From: a virus
Lineage: Duplodnaviria; Heunggongvirae; Uroviricota; Caudoviricetes
Virus record (IMG/VR): IMGVR_UViG_3300028666_000028
Location: 20,868-84,867 of that record
Direction: 5' to 3' (one strand)
Length of the DNA: 64,000 nucleotides
Made by a program: the position numbers and the translations under genes. Below, piece by piece: positions 1 to 9,396 of this stretch. The number at the start of each line of letters is the position of its first letter. The stretch's first letter is position 1. A model generated the notes under the pieces. It was not told the origin of the DNA and did not search any database. It was given only the letters and a program-made list of their open reading frames with translations.

Positions 1-350
1 CTGTAAATGCTGTTCGTTTATTCATACAAGATAATAAAATACTTATACATCCAAGATGCGTTAATCTTCTTTCACAACTTGGATCAGCAACTTGGGATAG
101 TACACGTAAGAAGTTTACAAGATCTCCAACACAAGGCCATTATGACCTTATAGCTGCATTAATTTATATGGTTCGTAACATTAGACGAGCTAAAAATCCA
201 TATCCACCTGGACTTGGACTAGATATATCATCAATGTATTTACCAGCTGATGCATATAAACCTAAAGATAATGCTAATCTAGAAAAAATGGTATCTGGTC
301 CAATAAAGAAGTTCTTCCCTAATAGTGGGGATAAAGACTTCAAGGATTAA
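1..350 (+). CDS. Terminase large subunit, C-terminal (nuclease domain) fragment; 5' end lies outside the window
   Basis: Frame-3 ORF is open from nt 3 to stop at 348-350. It contains GHYDLIAALIYMVRN, which resembles the conserved Asp-containing motif of terminase large-subunit nuclease domains. It sits immediately upstream of the portal candidate. Confidence 0.65.
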   Translation, partial: VNAVRLFIQDNKILIHPRCVNLLSQLGSATWDSTRKKFTRSPTQGHYDLIAALIYMVRNIRRAKNPYPPGLGLDISSMYLPADAYKPKDNANLEKMVSGPIKKFFPNSGDKDFKD

Positions 351-356
351 TAAGTA
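347..356 (+). promoter_or_regulatory. Conserved intergenic motif TTAATAAGTA (copy 1, spans the terminase stop)
   Basis: Exact decamer, 27 nt upstream of the portal ATG. Confidence 0.4.
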
Positions 357-382
357 CATTAACTAGACAAAGGATGCAATAA

Positions 383-2467
383 ATGTCAGATTATAGCGCA
401 ACACCACATACTAATGATGAATACTTTGCTAGTTTGCCTAAAGAAGAAATTGCAGCTGAACTCGGTAAACGTGTAGACATGTGGTATGAAAATCTCGGCA
501 TGTCCGGTGTATATCGTAAGATGAAAAAATCTTATGCAGCATACTATGGTTATAATGCAACAGGATCAGGACATACATCATCTGAAATTATTAAATCTGG
601 TCAACAAGGTGAACTCTCTTTAATTAAAGCTAATCATTTTCGTAACTTACTTCAACATCTATTAGTTATGACAACTGCTAGCAGACCAGCAATGGAAGCT
701 AGAGCAATTAATACAGACTATCGATCTATAGCTCAAACTATTCTTGCTAATGGTATTCTAGACTATTACATGAGAGAAAAGAGACTAGAACGTTATCTTA
801 AGCTTGCTACTGAATATGCATTGGTATTTGGAGAAGGTTATCTTAAGCTAGAATGGGATACAACTGAGGGAGAAGAGTATAATGTTGATCCACAAACTAA
901 TAAAATTACTTTTACTGGTGATATTGCTTATAATGTACTTAATCCATTAGATGTAATTAAAGATGTATTTGCTACTGATAACAATAACAATGACTGGATT
1001 ATTGTTCGTAATTTCAAGAATAGATGGGAAATCGTAGCCAAATATCCAGAACTTAAAGAAGAGATCCTCAAAGCTCAAACTAAAGATGAGCTAGATATGA
1101 CTTTTAATTATAAGTTTAAGACAGATGGTCAACTTAGATCTGATCTTATTCCAGTGTATGAATTTTATCATAGAAAATCTGATGCACTACCTAATGGTAG
1201 ACAAGTTGTCTATGTAACTAAAGAAGCTGTACTTTATGATGGTCCACTTCCATATAAAGATATTCCAGTATATCGTATTGCTCCAGGTGAATTTATTGGA
1301 ACACCAAGTGGGTATACAGTAGCATTCGATTTACTTAGTTTACAAGAAACATTAGATGGTTTATATTCTATTATTGTTACTAACCAATCTACATTTGGTG
1401 TTCAAAATCTTTTGTTACCTCAAGGACATAACATTTCCTATAGCGCACTTCCTGGCGGACTTAATGTTATTGAATATGATGCTTCTAGTGGAGTTAAACC
1501 TGAAGCTCTTAACTTAACTAAGACTCCTCCTGAAATCTTTAACTTTGTTAATAAATTAGAATCAGTAATGGAAACTATATCTGGAGTTAACTCTGTTGCT
1601 CGCGGTAATCCAGAAGCTAATCTAAGATCTGGAAATGCTCTAGCTCTTATTCAATCAATGGCCATTCAATTCAATTCGGGACTTCAACAATCTTTTGCAG
1701 AACTGCTTGAAGATGTAGGAACTGCTACTCTTACTACACTTAGAGATTTTGCTGCTACTCCACGAGTTGCAATGATTGTAGGTAAGAATAATCGTTCTTA
1801 TATGAGAGAATTTACTGGAAATGATCTAGATAAAGTTAATAGAGTAGTTGTAGATATGGGTAATCCTTTATCAAAAACTACTGCTGGTAAGTTAGAAATG
1901 GCTAACAATTTATTGCAACAAGGTATTATTAAGAATGCTCAAGATTATATCATGGTTATGAAGACTGGTAATCTAGATACGATGATTGAAGGTGATGTTG
2001 CTGAAATAGCTTTAATTAAATCTGAAAATGAAAATTTAGCTGAAGGTCAACCTGTTTCTGTAACTGCAGTTGATGAACATGTTCTCCACATTAAAGAACA
2101 TAGATGTGTAATAGCTTCTCCAGATGCTAGAGAAAATCCAGAAGTTGTTCAAGCTGTATTGAAACATATTCAAGATCATATTCAACAATTAAAGACAGTA
2201 GATCCAAATTTACTTAATATACTAGGTCAACCTTCATTAGCTCCTCCACCTCAAGGTGGCCCACAAGGACCTGGTGCACCGCCTCCTGGTGCACCTGGAC
2301 CGCAAGCAGGACCTAGTGGTTCACCTCATCCAGCACATGGAGGACCTCCTCCTCCTAAGTCAAATCCTATGACCCCAGCCGGTGCACCTCCAGGAGTTAA
2401 AATGCCAGGATTACCTAAAAACCCAATGACTGGACAACCTCCTCCTGTACCTGGTGTTAATCAGTAA
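383..2467 (+). CDS. Portal protein candidate (694 aa) with an unusual C-terminal ~90-aa Pro/Gly-rich tail
   Basis: Large ORF directly downstream of the terminase fragment, with an AGGA ribosome binding site. Size and position are typical of portals. The C-terminus is low complexity (PPPQGGPQGPGAPPPGAPGPQAGP...). Confidence 0.55.
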   Translation: MSDYSATPHTNDEYFASLPKEEIAAELGKRVDMWYENLGMSGVYRKMKKSYAAYYGYNATGSGHTSSEIIKSGQQGELSLIKANHFRNLLQHLLVMTTASRPAMEARAINTDYRSIAQTILANGILDYYMREKRLERYLKLATEYALVFGEGYLKLEWDTTEGEEYNVDPQTNKITFTGDIAYNVLNPLDVIKDVFATDNNNNDWIIVRNFKNRWEIVAKYPELKEEILKAQTKDELDMTFNYKFKTDGQLRSDLIPVYEFYHRKSDALPNGRQVVYVTKEAVLYDGPLPYKDIPVYRIAPGEFIGTPSGYTVAFDLLSLQETLDGLYSIIVTNQSTFGVQNLLLPQGHNISYSALPGGLNVIEYDASSGVKPEALNLTKTPPEIFNFVNKLESVMETISGVNSVARGNPEANLRSGNALALIQSMAIQFNSGLQQSFAELLEDVGTATLTTLRDFAATPRVAMIVGKNNRSYMREFTGNDLDKVNRVVVDMGNPLSKTTAGKLEMANNLLQQGIIKNAQDYIMVMKTGNLDTMIEGDVAEIALIKSENENLAEGQPVSVTAVDEHVLHIKEHRCVIASPDARENPEVVQAVLKHIQDHIQQLKTVDPNLLNILGQPSLAPPPQGGPQGPGAPPPGAPGPQAGPSGSPHPAHGGPPPPKSNPMTPAGAPPGVKMPGLPKNPMTGQPPPVPGVNQ

Positions 2468-2478
2468 AGGAGATTTAA

Positions 2479-2823
2479 GTGTCTTTCGAAAGTAAGCCAA
2501 CAGAAATTCTCCTAGCTTCTGATGTAAATAATATGGGAACAAGTGTTCAATCTCTAGCAGGGAATTGTACAAATGTTTTAGGTTATTGTATTCAAGCTAT
2601 ATGGACTAATGGTAGTAATCCCATTGGAAGTATGTCTGTTCAGGCGTCAAATGACGGTACTAATTGGTCTGATATACCAAATAGTACTTTACCTGTATCT
2701 GGTAATAATGGTAATAATATTTTTAACATAGGTAAACATGCCTATTATAATTTTGCTAGATTATCCTACGTTAGAACAAGTGGTGATGGTAATCTAGTTA
2801 TAACATTTGTGTCAAAGAGTTAA
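2479..2823 (+). CDS. Small virion-associated protein (114 aa), paralog of 14529..14873
   Basis: GTG start with an AAAGGAG ribosome binding site. It shares a pattern (NM(G/S)..xSVQ.L ... W ... DG.N ... TSG.G.L) with ORF 14529..14873. Confidence 0.45.
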   Translation: MSFESKPTEILLASDVNNMGTSVQSLAGNCTNVLGYCIQAIWTNGSNPIGSMSVQASNDGTNWSDIPNSTLPVSGNNGNNIFNIGKHAYYNFARLSYVRTSGDGNLVITFVSKS

Positions 2824-2826
2824 TTC

Positions 2827-3429
2827 ATGGCGTATATTGATATCAATGATACAACAGGCGGTAGTGGAGGCGGAGATGCTACTGCTGCTAATCAATTAGC
2901 TGAAATCGCTTTACTTGCAAGTATAGATAGTAAAGAGCCTACACTTGGTCAAAAACCAATGTCAGGTTCTGAACCTGTTGTTATTGCTTCTGATCAACCC
3001 ACTGTAAAAGTAAATCTAACTGACCCAAGTGGAACTTCAGTTGGAACAATTGGCAATCCTATATTTGTTGATATTGCAGCAAATACTCCTAGACTTTCAG
3101 TTAATCAATACAATGAAGTCTTAGCAGTAGTTTCTGGAATTACAACAACCATAGTAACTTATACTGTGCCAGTTGGAAAAACAAATGCACTAGAACGTAT
3201 ATCAGTTTCTGGAGAAAATATAGCTTTATACACAGTTTTGATTAATGGAACACCTATAGATGCACAACGCACTTATTTTGGTGGAGAATTAAATGCTCAA
3301 TTTGAATTTATGTCTACAGGCAATTTTGGAGTCCTATTAAATGCTGGAGATATAGTATCTGTGACTGTTTTACACATGAGACCTTCATCTGCTAATTTTG
3401 AAGGTCGTATCCAAATGTCACAAAGCTAA
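2827..3429 (+). CDS. Structural protein (200 aa) carrying the LGQKxM..S.PVVIASDQ motif
   Basis: Contains SKEPTLGQKPMSGSEPVVIASDQ. The same motif occurs in ORFs 3648..5183 and 5259..7028. Confidence 0.5.
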   Translation: MAYIDINDTTGGSGGGDATAANQLAEIALLASIDSKEPTLGQKPMSGSEPVVIASDQPTVKVNLTDPSGTSVGTIGNPIFVDIAANTPRLSVNQYNEVLAVVSGITTTIVTYTVPVGKTNALERISVSGENIALYTVLINGTPIDAQRTYFGGELNAQFEFMSTGNFGVLLNAGDIVSVTVLHMRPSSANFEGRIQMSQS

Positions 3430-3439
3430 TTAATAAGTA
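3430..3439 (+). promoter_or_regulatory. TTAATAAGTA motif copy
   Basis: Exact decamer immediately after the TAA of 2827..3429. Confidence 0.4.
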
Positions 3440-3443
3440 TATC

Positions 3444-3629
3444 ATGAGTTTAGAACTTAAAAAAACACAAGTCGAATATAAACGAGTTAATGCTGCCAGA
3501 GAAGAACTAGAGTATAGAATTCTTGAAGCACAAGATCAAATTGACCGTTTAAAACTCAATATAGAGATTCAAAAAGCTAAAGAAGATGAGCTTCAAGCTA
3601 AGATCAAAGAATTACAATCAAAAGAATAA
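3444..3629 (+). CDS. Small coiled-coil protein (61 aa)
   Basis: Charged heptad-like sequence rich in E, K, L and Q. Tightly packed between structural genes. Confidence 0.4.
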   Translation: MSLELKKTQVEYKRVNAAREELEYRILEAQDQIDRLKLNIEIQKAKEDELQAKIKELQSKE

Positions 3630-3647
3630 AGGGAAGAGGAATAAAAC

Positions 3648-5183
3648 ATGAGTGATTTTAATAGTAGCCTACCAGTCCGCACAGAAAATGCCGGGGATGT
3701 AATAGCTAAGATAGCAGACGCAACGACACCAAGTCAGCAACTAGCTATTGATGCTTCCGGTAGAATTACAAGTAAATTAAATGATGGAGCCGGTAATCCG
3801 ATTACATCACAAGCTAACGGTGCTCAACAAGCTCTTGATGTTGGTATCAATGTTGGTGGAGTTCAAATCGATCCTAGATCTATTCGCGCTCTTACATCTT
3901 CTGATGTAGTAACAGTTGATCAAGGAACTTCTCCTTGGGTAAGTAATATTTCTCAATTTGGTGGATCAGCAGTTTCTTTGGGCCAAAAGCTCATGGCAGC
4001 TTCTATTCCAGTTACAATTGCTTCTGATCAATCTCCTTTGCCAGTTTCTCAATCTGGATCATGGACAGTAACTTCTAATCAAGGTACATCTCCTTGGATT
4101 ACTAAAGATGTAGCTGATGGTTCTGTTTCTGGTGGTACTGCTGGAACATTCTCACAACTTGCTGGTGGACAATATAATAGTTCTGCTCCTACTTTGACTA
4201 CTGGTCAACAAGCTGCTCTACAATTAGATTCAGCTGGTCGATTGTTAGTTGATGCTGCTATTTCTAGTACTGATGATCATAACTATGGTACTGTTGGTGC
4301 TAATACACTTAGAACTGCAGCTCAAATCGGAAATGCTACTGGAGCTGCTGATTTTAACTTCGGTGCTATTGGAGCTCAATCGCTTAGATCTGCTGCTCAA
4401 ATTGGCAATGCTACAGGAGCTGCAGACTTTAATGCTGGAGCTACTGGGGCTCAAACGCTTCGCGTAGCAGCTAATCAAGGCGCTCCTAATACGAATGCTA
4501 ATAGTTGGTTTGTCAGACTTAGTGATGGAACTAACAATGCTTCTGTTACGGCAACTGGTGAACTTAAAGTTGATATTACTCAACCACTCCCAGCTGGTAC
4601 TAATAGTATCGGTACTGTTGTTGTTTCAAACTTCCCAACTACTGTAGATACAAACTACGGAACAGTTGGTGCAAATACTATCCGTACAGCTTCACAAATT
4701 GGTAATGCAACTGGTGCAGCTAATTTCAATAACGGTGCAACTGGTGCACAAACACTTCGCGTAGCTGCTAACTTAGCAGTTGCCGGTGCTGATGTAACTA
4801 GTTTAAATCCAGTTCCTGTTATTATATCTGCCTCTGCTTCTGGAACTGCAGTTAATGATTTTAAACAAGCTATTGCTGTTGCTTCAAATGGAACTAATAA
4901 CCATGATTATACCGTAACAGCTGGTAAAACTTTACTTTTACATGAATTAGAAGCTTCTGGTTCAGGTAAAATTAAAATGGAAGCACAAGTTGAAACTGGT
5001 GTTGCAACTGGAGTATTTAATACTAAATTTGTTCAATTTAACTCAACTGCAACTCCAAATACTACTGTTCTTCTACAAGCTCCTATTTCAGTAGCTGCTG
5101 GAGTTAGAGTAAGAATTATTATGACCAATGATGATAAGGGTGCTCAAGATCTTTATAGTACTATTTGCGGTCAAGAAATATAA
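3648..5183 (+). CDS. Head-associated structural protein (511 aa) with internal Ala/Gly-rich repeats
   Basis: GGAATAA ribosome binding site. Internal repeats of NYGTVGANT(L/I)RTA(A/S)QIGNATGAA(D/N)FN.GA.GAQ(S/T)LR at about 4275-4485 and 4657-4775. Shares LAGGQYNSSAPTLTTGQQAALQLDSAGRLL and the LGQK..PV.IASDQ motif with 5259..7028. A hairpin plus T-run terminator follows. Confidence 0.6.
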   Translation: MSDFNSSLPVRTENAGDVIAKIADATTPSQQLAIDASGRITSKLNDGAGNPITSQANGAQQALDVGINVGGVQIDPRSIRALTSSDVVTVDQGTSPWVSNISQFGGSAVSLGQKLMAASIPVTIASDQSPLPVSQSGSWTVTSNQGTSPWITKDVADGSVSGGTAGTFSQLAGGQYNSSAPTLTTGQQAALQLDSAGRLLVDAAISSTDDHNYGTVGANTLRTAAQIGNATGAADFNFGAIGAQSLRSAAQIGNATGAADFNAGATGAQTLRVAANQGAPNTNANSWFVRLSDGTNNASVTATGELKVDITQPLPAGTNSIGTVVVSNFPTTVDTNYGTVGANTIRTASQIGNATGAANFNNGATGAQTLRVAANLAVAGADVTSLNPVPVIISASASGTAVNDFKQAIAVASNGTNNHDYTVTAGKTLLLHELEASGSGKIKMEAQVETGVATGVFNTKFVQFNSTATPNTTVLLQAPISVAAGVRVRIIMTNDDKGAQDLYSTICGQEI

Positions 5184-5212
5184 TAAATACTTTTTTATAA
5201 AGTGTTATGAAA

Positions 5213-5247
5213 GGGAGTTGTGCTGGTGTACAGCTCCCTTTTAGTTT
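5213..5247 (+). terminator. Putative intrinsic terminator (imperfect GGGAG...CTCCC hairpin followed by TTTTAGTTT)
   Basis: aaGGGAGttgtgctggtgtacagCTCCCttttagttt, directly after the stop of 3648..5183. Confidence 0.4.
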
Positions 5248-5258
5248 AGAGAGAAAAA

Positions 5259-7028
5259 ATGGCTGATCTAAGTTATATAGATGCAACACAAGAAGTTAAA
5301 ATAGTTGGCCAAGATTCTACTGGAAATCGTGCTAACTATGTAGGTGCCGATTCTAGCGGTAATATGACTGTTGTAGATAAGTCAGATGGTCCTGTATCAC
5401 CTGGAACTGTTGCACTTGCTTCTTCATTAATGGGTGGTCAGTTTAATACTGCTTTACCTACTCTTACCAATACACAACAAGCTGCAATTCAAGTAGATTC
5501 AAATGGTAGACTTCTTCCTTCTCCAAATCCATATGCAGTTACTGGAACAATAAGTGGAACTGGTCAATCAGTTATTTCAGTACCAGGCGGTTCTGTAATA
5601 ATTGATGTTACTGGTACATTTGTTGGTACTTTAAATGTATTGGGAAGTATAGGTTCACATGGTATTGGATTATTTGTAAGTAGTATTAATGGTGCAACTC
5701 CTTTAGCATATACATATGCTCAAATAACTACAACTGGTACATATAAAGTTTTATTACCAGCAGCTTTTACTAATATAACTATTCAAGGTGGAAGTTGGAC
5801 TTCAGGTACTGCAAATATAACCATTAATAGTGTTTATTCAGCAAATGTTATTGAAGCTGTTCAATTAAATCAAGCTAATATGCTTACTACAGCATATCAA
5901 GGTGGAACTTGGACAGTTACTGCAAATAATCCTTCTGTAACTTTTATAGGAAATCCTCCTCCATCAGAAGCTATATATGCGGGCGGTTCAGTAACTACTT
6001 CTGCACCTACATATACAACTGGAACTTTCCAAGGACTTTCTTTAAATACATCTGGAGGATTAAGAGTTGATGGTTCTGGTGTAACTCAACCTATTTCAGC
6101 AGCTTCTTTGCCATTACCAACTGGAGCATCAACTTCTGCTTTACAAACTACAGGTAATACTGCATTAACTACTATTAATACTACTTTGGGATCTCCATTT
6201 CAAGCTGGTGGTTCCATTGGTAATACTACCTTTGCTTCTACTCAAAGTGGAACCTGGAATATCAATAATATTTCTGGTACAATAAGTTTACCAACTGGTG
6301 CTGCAACATCTGCATTACAAACTACAGGCAATACTTCATTATCTAGTATTGATTCTAAAATTCCCAGTCTCGGTCAAAAAACAATGGCGAATTCATCGCC
6401 AGTTGTTATTGCTTCTGATCAAAGTGCAATTCAGATAGTAGGAAATGTAGCAACAGGATCTGCAGTTTCTGGTAATCCTGTACAAGTAGCTGGTTCAGAT
6501 GGAACAAATGTAAGAGAAGTTTCTTTGAATCTTAAAGGTACTCAAGGAGCTTATGCAGTTGCAACTCAAGATTTAAAAGATGCTGGTAGAAATTTAACTT
6601 GTTACTATATGGCAACTCAAGTAGTATCATCTGCTACAGATACATTAGTATCTTTAACTGGATATAAAAGTGGAGCAGCAGTTGCTGCTACTACAACACC
6701 AGCAGTAGTTTCAGCTGGTAAAACATATAGAATTAATATGATTATTGTTACATATATTGCAGTTACTACTGCAGGTACTATTCATTTCGCACTTAGAGCT
6801 AATACTAGTGGAGTTGTTGCAATTGGATCTCCTGAAGTATTTGAGTATGCAATTGGTGCATCAGCAGCAACTGCTGGTATATCTCAAACAGTATGTATTC
6901 CAGTTCCAGATGGATTAGAATTTGCAGCAGGAACTGGTATTGGTATATCTATGCAAGGATTTGGAGCAACAGGAACTGCTGCTGCAGTTGGATATGGTAT
7001 GATAGCACTTAAAGGATATGAGTACTAA
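5259..7028 (+). CDS. Head-associated structural protein (589 aa), partial paralog of 3648..5183
   Basis: Shares the N-terminal motif GGQFNTALPTLTNTQQAAIQVDSNGRLL and the motif SIDSKIPSLGQKTMANSSPVVIASDQ. Has an internal duplicate of LPTGA(S/A)TSALQTTGNT.L(T/S).I. Confidence 0.6.
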   Translation: MADLSYIDATQEVKIVGQDSTGNRANYVGADSSGNMTVVDKSDGPVSPGTVALASSLMGGQFNTALPTLTNTQQAAIQVDSNGRLLPSPNPYAVTGTISGTGQSVISVPGGSVIIDVTGTFVGTLNVLGSIGSHGIGLFVSSINGATPLAYTYAQITTTGTYKVLLPAAFTNITIQGGSWTSGTANITINSVYSANVIEAVQLNQANMLTTAYQGGTWTVTANNPSVTFIGNPPPSEAIYAGGSVTTSAPTYTTGTFQGLSLNTSGGLRVDGSGVTQPISAASLPLPTGASTSALQTTGNTALTTINTTLGSPFQAGGSIGNTTFASTQSGTWNINNISGTISLPTGAATSALQTTGNTSLSSIDSKIPSLGQKTMANSSPVVIASDQSAIQIVGNVATGSAVSGNPVQVAGSDGTNVREVSLNLKGTQGAYAVATQDLKDAGRNLTCYYMATQVVSSATDTLVSLTGYKSGAAVAATTTPAVVSAGKTYRINMIIVTYIAVTTAGTIHFALRANTSGVVAIGSPEVFEYAIGASAATAGISQTVCIPVPDGLEFAAGTGIGISMQGFGATGTAAAVGYGMIALKGYEY

Positions 7029-7037
7029 GGGAGTAAT

Positions 7038-7676
7038 ATGTTAATAGGAACGGACTGGACAACTGTTAAAGATTTTGCAACCTCTAGAGGATTATCTATA
7101 CAATACATAGCAACTTCTGATACTTACTATGTTTTTGCTATAGATGGACCAGCAGAAGTAGCATGTCAAATTTCAATAATTAGTCCAGCAAGCACAGATC
7201 AAACTGATTTTGAAACTAATTTTAAATCTTCTGCGAATAAACCACTTATCCCAATTACAGATCCACTTTCTAGAACAGATCAATTTACACTTAAAGCTAT
7301 TGGTTATTCAGGTATTGCAACTAAAGGTACTACTTCAAACATTGATTATAAAGTTGGAACTGCAGGAGTTTCTTCTAGTGATAGATATATAAGAGGTATG
7401 GAATTAATTCTTACAAATCATGTATTTGGAGATTCAGTTAATCTTCAAATTGTAGATAATGATAATTTATTAGGTTATGGAGTTGGTACTGTATTAGATC
7501 AATTTGCTACTAACTGGTATATCAAGGATGATGAAAAATCACAAGGATTAATAATGCAACCTCTTAGAGCACATATCCCTGGTGGATTATATATACGAAT
7601 AGTTTATAGTTCAACTGGAACAGTTAATGATGTAAATATATGCTTTAATTTAGTTTTAGATCAAAAAACGAGTTAA
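7038..7676 (+). CDS. Hypothetical virion protein (212 aa)
   Basis: GGGAG ribosome binding site, compact gene order, no recognisable motif. Confidence 0.45.
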   Translation: MLIGTDWTTVKDFATSRGLSIQYIATSDTYYVFAIDGPAEVACQISIISPASTDQTDFETNFKSSANKPLIPITDPLSRTDQFTLKAIGYSGIATKGTTSNIDYKVGTAGVSSSDRYIRGMELILTNHVFGDSVNLQIVDNDNLLGYGVGTVLDQFATNWYIKDDEKSQGLIMQPLRAHIPGGLYIRIVYSSTGTVNDVNICFNLVLDQKTS

Positions 7677-7678
7677 TT

Positions 7679-8158
7679 ATGAGAATAGTATTTGGAACAC
7701 ATGCTAATCTTAATATATTTCAAAAACTAGAACTTTGGGCAACTAATGGTAAATGGACTCATTGTTTTTTAAAAACAAATACTCTTTTAAATGGTTCTGC
7801 AGTTACTATTGAAGCTTCTCCTACAGGAGGAGTTAGACTTAATTTAGATGGATATGAAAATTCAATTAGAGAAGAATATGAATGTCTTTTCAATTTTGAA
7901 GATATATCCTGTCTTTATCCTTATCTAGATACTACATATGGTTATTTACATGCATTTGGATTCTTTTTAACTAAAATATTTAAATTGAAACATAATCCCA
8001 TAGGTGGAAATTTAGTTTGTTCAGGTACAGTAGATACATGGTTACGTAATAGTCCTGCATACAGTGTATTATTTAATTTAGCAGTTAATGATGCAACTCC
8101 TAATAATCTTTATTCAATTATAGTTGCAAATCCACAGTTATTTAAAAAAGTCAATTAA
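7679..8158 (+). CDS. Hypothetical protein (159 aa)
   Basis: Start overlaps the preceding stop (TAATTATG). No recognisable motif. Confidence 0.4.
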   Translation: MRIVFGTHANLNIFQKLELWATNGKWTHCFLKTNTLLNGSAVTIEASPTGGVRLNLDGYENSIREEYECLFNFEDISCLYPYLDTTYGYLHAFGFFLTKIFKLKHNPIGGNLVCSGTVDTWLRNSPAYSVLFNLAVNDATPNNLYSIIVANPQLFKKVN

Positions 8159-8164
8159 TAAGTA
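8155..8164 (+). promoter_or_regulatory. TTAATAAGTA motif copy
   Basis: Exact decamer, 77 nt upstream of the scaffold ATG. Context AATTAATAAGTATT. Confidence 0.4.
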
Positions 8165-8240
8165 TTTTATAAGTTTTACTCCGATTGTCGGAATAAACTA
8201 ACCAATAACTAATCTCGTAAGAGACGTAAAGGAAAATATC

Positions 8241-9191
8241 ATGTCAGACGCACCAGCCTCTTCAGGCGCACCAACTGCTGCTCCAAGCGCAGATGTAACT
8301 CCAGCAAATTCTAATCCATCTACAGATGTTGCTAATTCAGGTAATGAAGTAGCTCAACAAGTAAGCCCAACAGAAGCTCCAGCTGCACCAACTGAACAAC
8401 AAATTAAAGCAGCTATTAAAGAATGGAAGCTTAAATCACAAGGTAAAGAACGTAGAGTTACCAGTGAAGCTGAACTAGTTCGTCTAGCTCAACTTGGTCT
8501 AGGTGCTCATGAAAAGTTTGAACATGCAGCTAATACTCGTAAAAAGGCAGAAGCTATTCTTGAAATTCTACAAAAAGATCCAGCTAAGGCTCTTACCAGT
8601 ATGGGTATGGATGTTCGTAAACTTGCTGAAGAATATCTTGTTGCTGAAGCTAAGAAACAAATGATGTCTCCAGAAGAAAGACAAAAGTCTGAAATTCAAC
8701 AAGAAATTCAAAGACTTCAAGAAGAAAAAGCTGCCTTAGAAGCAGAAAAACAAGAACAAAGAATTTCTACACTTCAAGCTAAATATGAAAATGATATTCA
8801 AGATCAAATCATTGGAGCCATTGATCAATTTAAACTTCCTAAGAATCCAAAGACCGTAGCTCGTATAGCTGAATACATGGCTAATGCACTTGAAAATGGA
8901 TATGAAGCTTCTGCTCTTGATGTTGCTACTCGTGTTAGACAAGATCTAGATGAAGAACATAGATCTCTATACAGTCAATATAATGTAGAAGATCTTGTTA
9001 AACTTCTTGGAGATTCACAACTTAAAAAGATTCGTCAATATGAAGTTAATAAGGTAAAATCTAAAGCTCCAGCAGCTCCTCTAAAGACTGGTTCAGTTTC
9101 TACTCCTAATTCAACATCTACTGATGACAAACCTAAGAAAAAGATGTCAATGGATGAATTTCAAGCTGAAATGGATAAATATCTTAAATAG
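8241..9191 (+). CDS. Scaffolding-like protein (316 aa)
   Basis: Ala/Pro-rich N-terminus followed by long charged helical or coiled-coil segments (EIQQEIQRLQEEKAALEAEKQEQR). It lies immediately upstream of the capsid candidate. Confidence 0.5.
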   Translation: MSDAPASSGAPTAAPSADVTPANSNPSTDVANSGNEVAQQVSPTEAPAAPTEQQIKAAIKEWKLKSQGKERRVTSEAELVRLAQLGLGAHEKFEHAANTRKKAEAILEILQKDPAKALTSMGMDVRKLAEEYLVAEAKKQMMSPEERQKSEIQQEIQRLQEEKAALEAEKQEQRISTLQAKYENDIQDQIIGAIDQFKLPKNPKTVARIAEYMANALENGYEASALDVATRVRQDLDEEHRSLYSQYNVEDLVKLLGDSQLKKIRQYEVNKVKSKAPAAPLKTGSVSTPNSTSTDDKPKKKMSMDEFQAEMDKYLK

Positions 9192-9254
9192 TTCTCTCCT
9201 ACTCCTAATATATGATAAGGGCTCATTTTATATGGGCCTTTGTCATTTTATCAA

Positions 9255-9264
9255 TTAATAAGTA
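9255..9264 (+). promoter_or_regulatory. TTAATAAGTA motif copy
   Basis: Exact decamer, 133 nt upstream of the capsid candidate ATG. Context AATTAATAAGTATTATA. Confidence 0.4.
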
Positions 9265-9396
9265 TTATAACTGAGACCCACACTTATCTGACTTAGGATG
9301 TTAATAGCTACCCTAATAAGAACTAAGAAGCTGGTACGCAAAGTTAAAACTATAATTCTAATTTTTTAACTTATTTTCAAAGGAAATATAAAATTT

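Noticed and set aside
4245-4583. Antisense or alternative-frame ORFs inside structural genes, e.g. 4245..4583(-), 4249..4467(+), 13068..13355(-), 13620..13886(-), 16437..16685(-), 16779..17096(-), 38171..38419(-), 19566..19817(+) and 32333..32726(-).
   Set aside because: They lie entirely within longer ORFs that carry clear motifs and ribosome binding sites. Their translations are low-complexity mirror images of the Ala/Gly/Thr-rich sense strand. They have no start context.
9192-9396. Searched the 205-bp intergenic region upstream of the capsid gene for a canonical -35/-10 promoter or a strong hairpin.
   Set aside because: Apart from the TTAATAAGTA decamer, which is reported separately, no convincing sigma70 -35/-10 pair or stable stem-loop was found. 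AGGGC/GGGCC segments do not form a proper inverted repeat.
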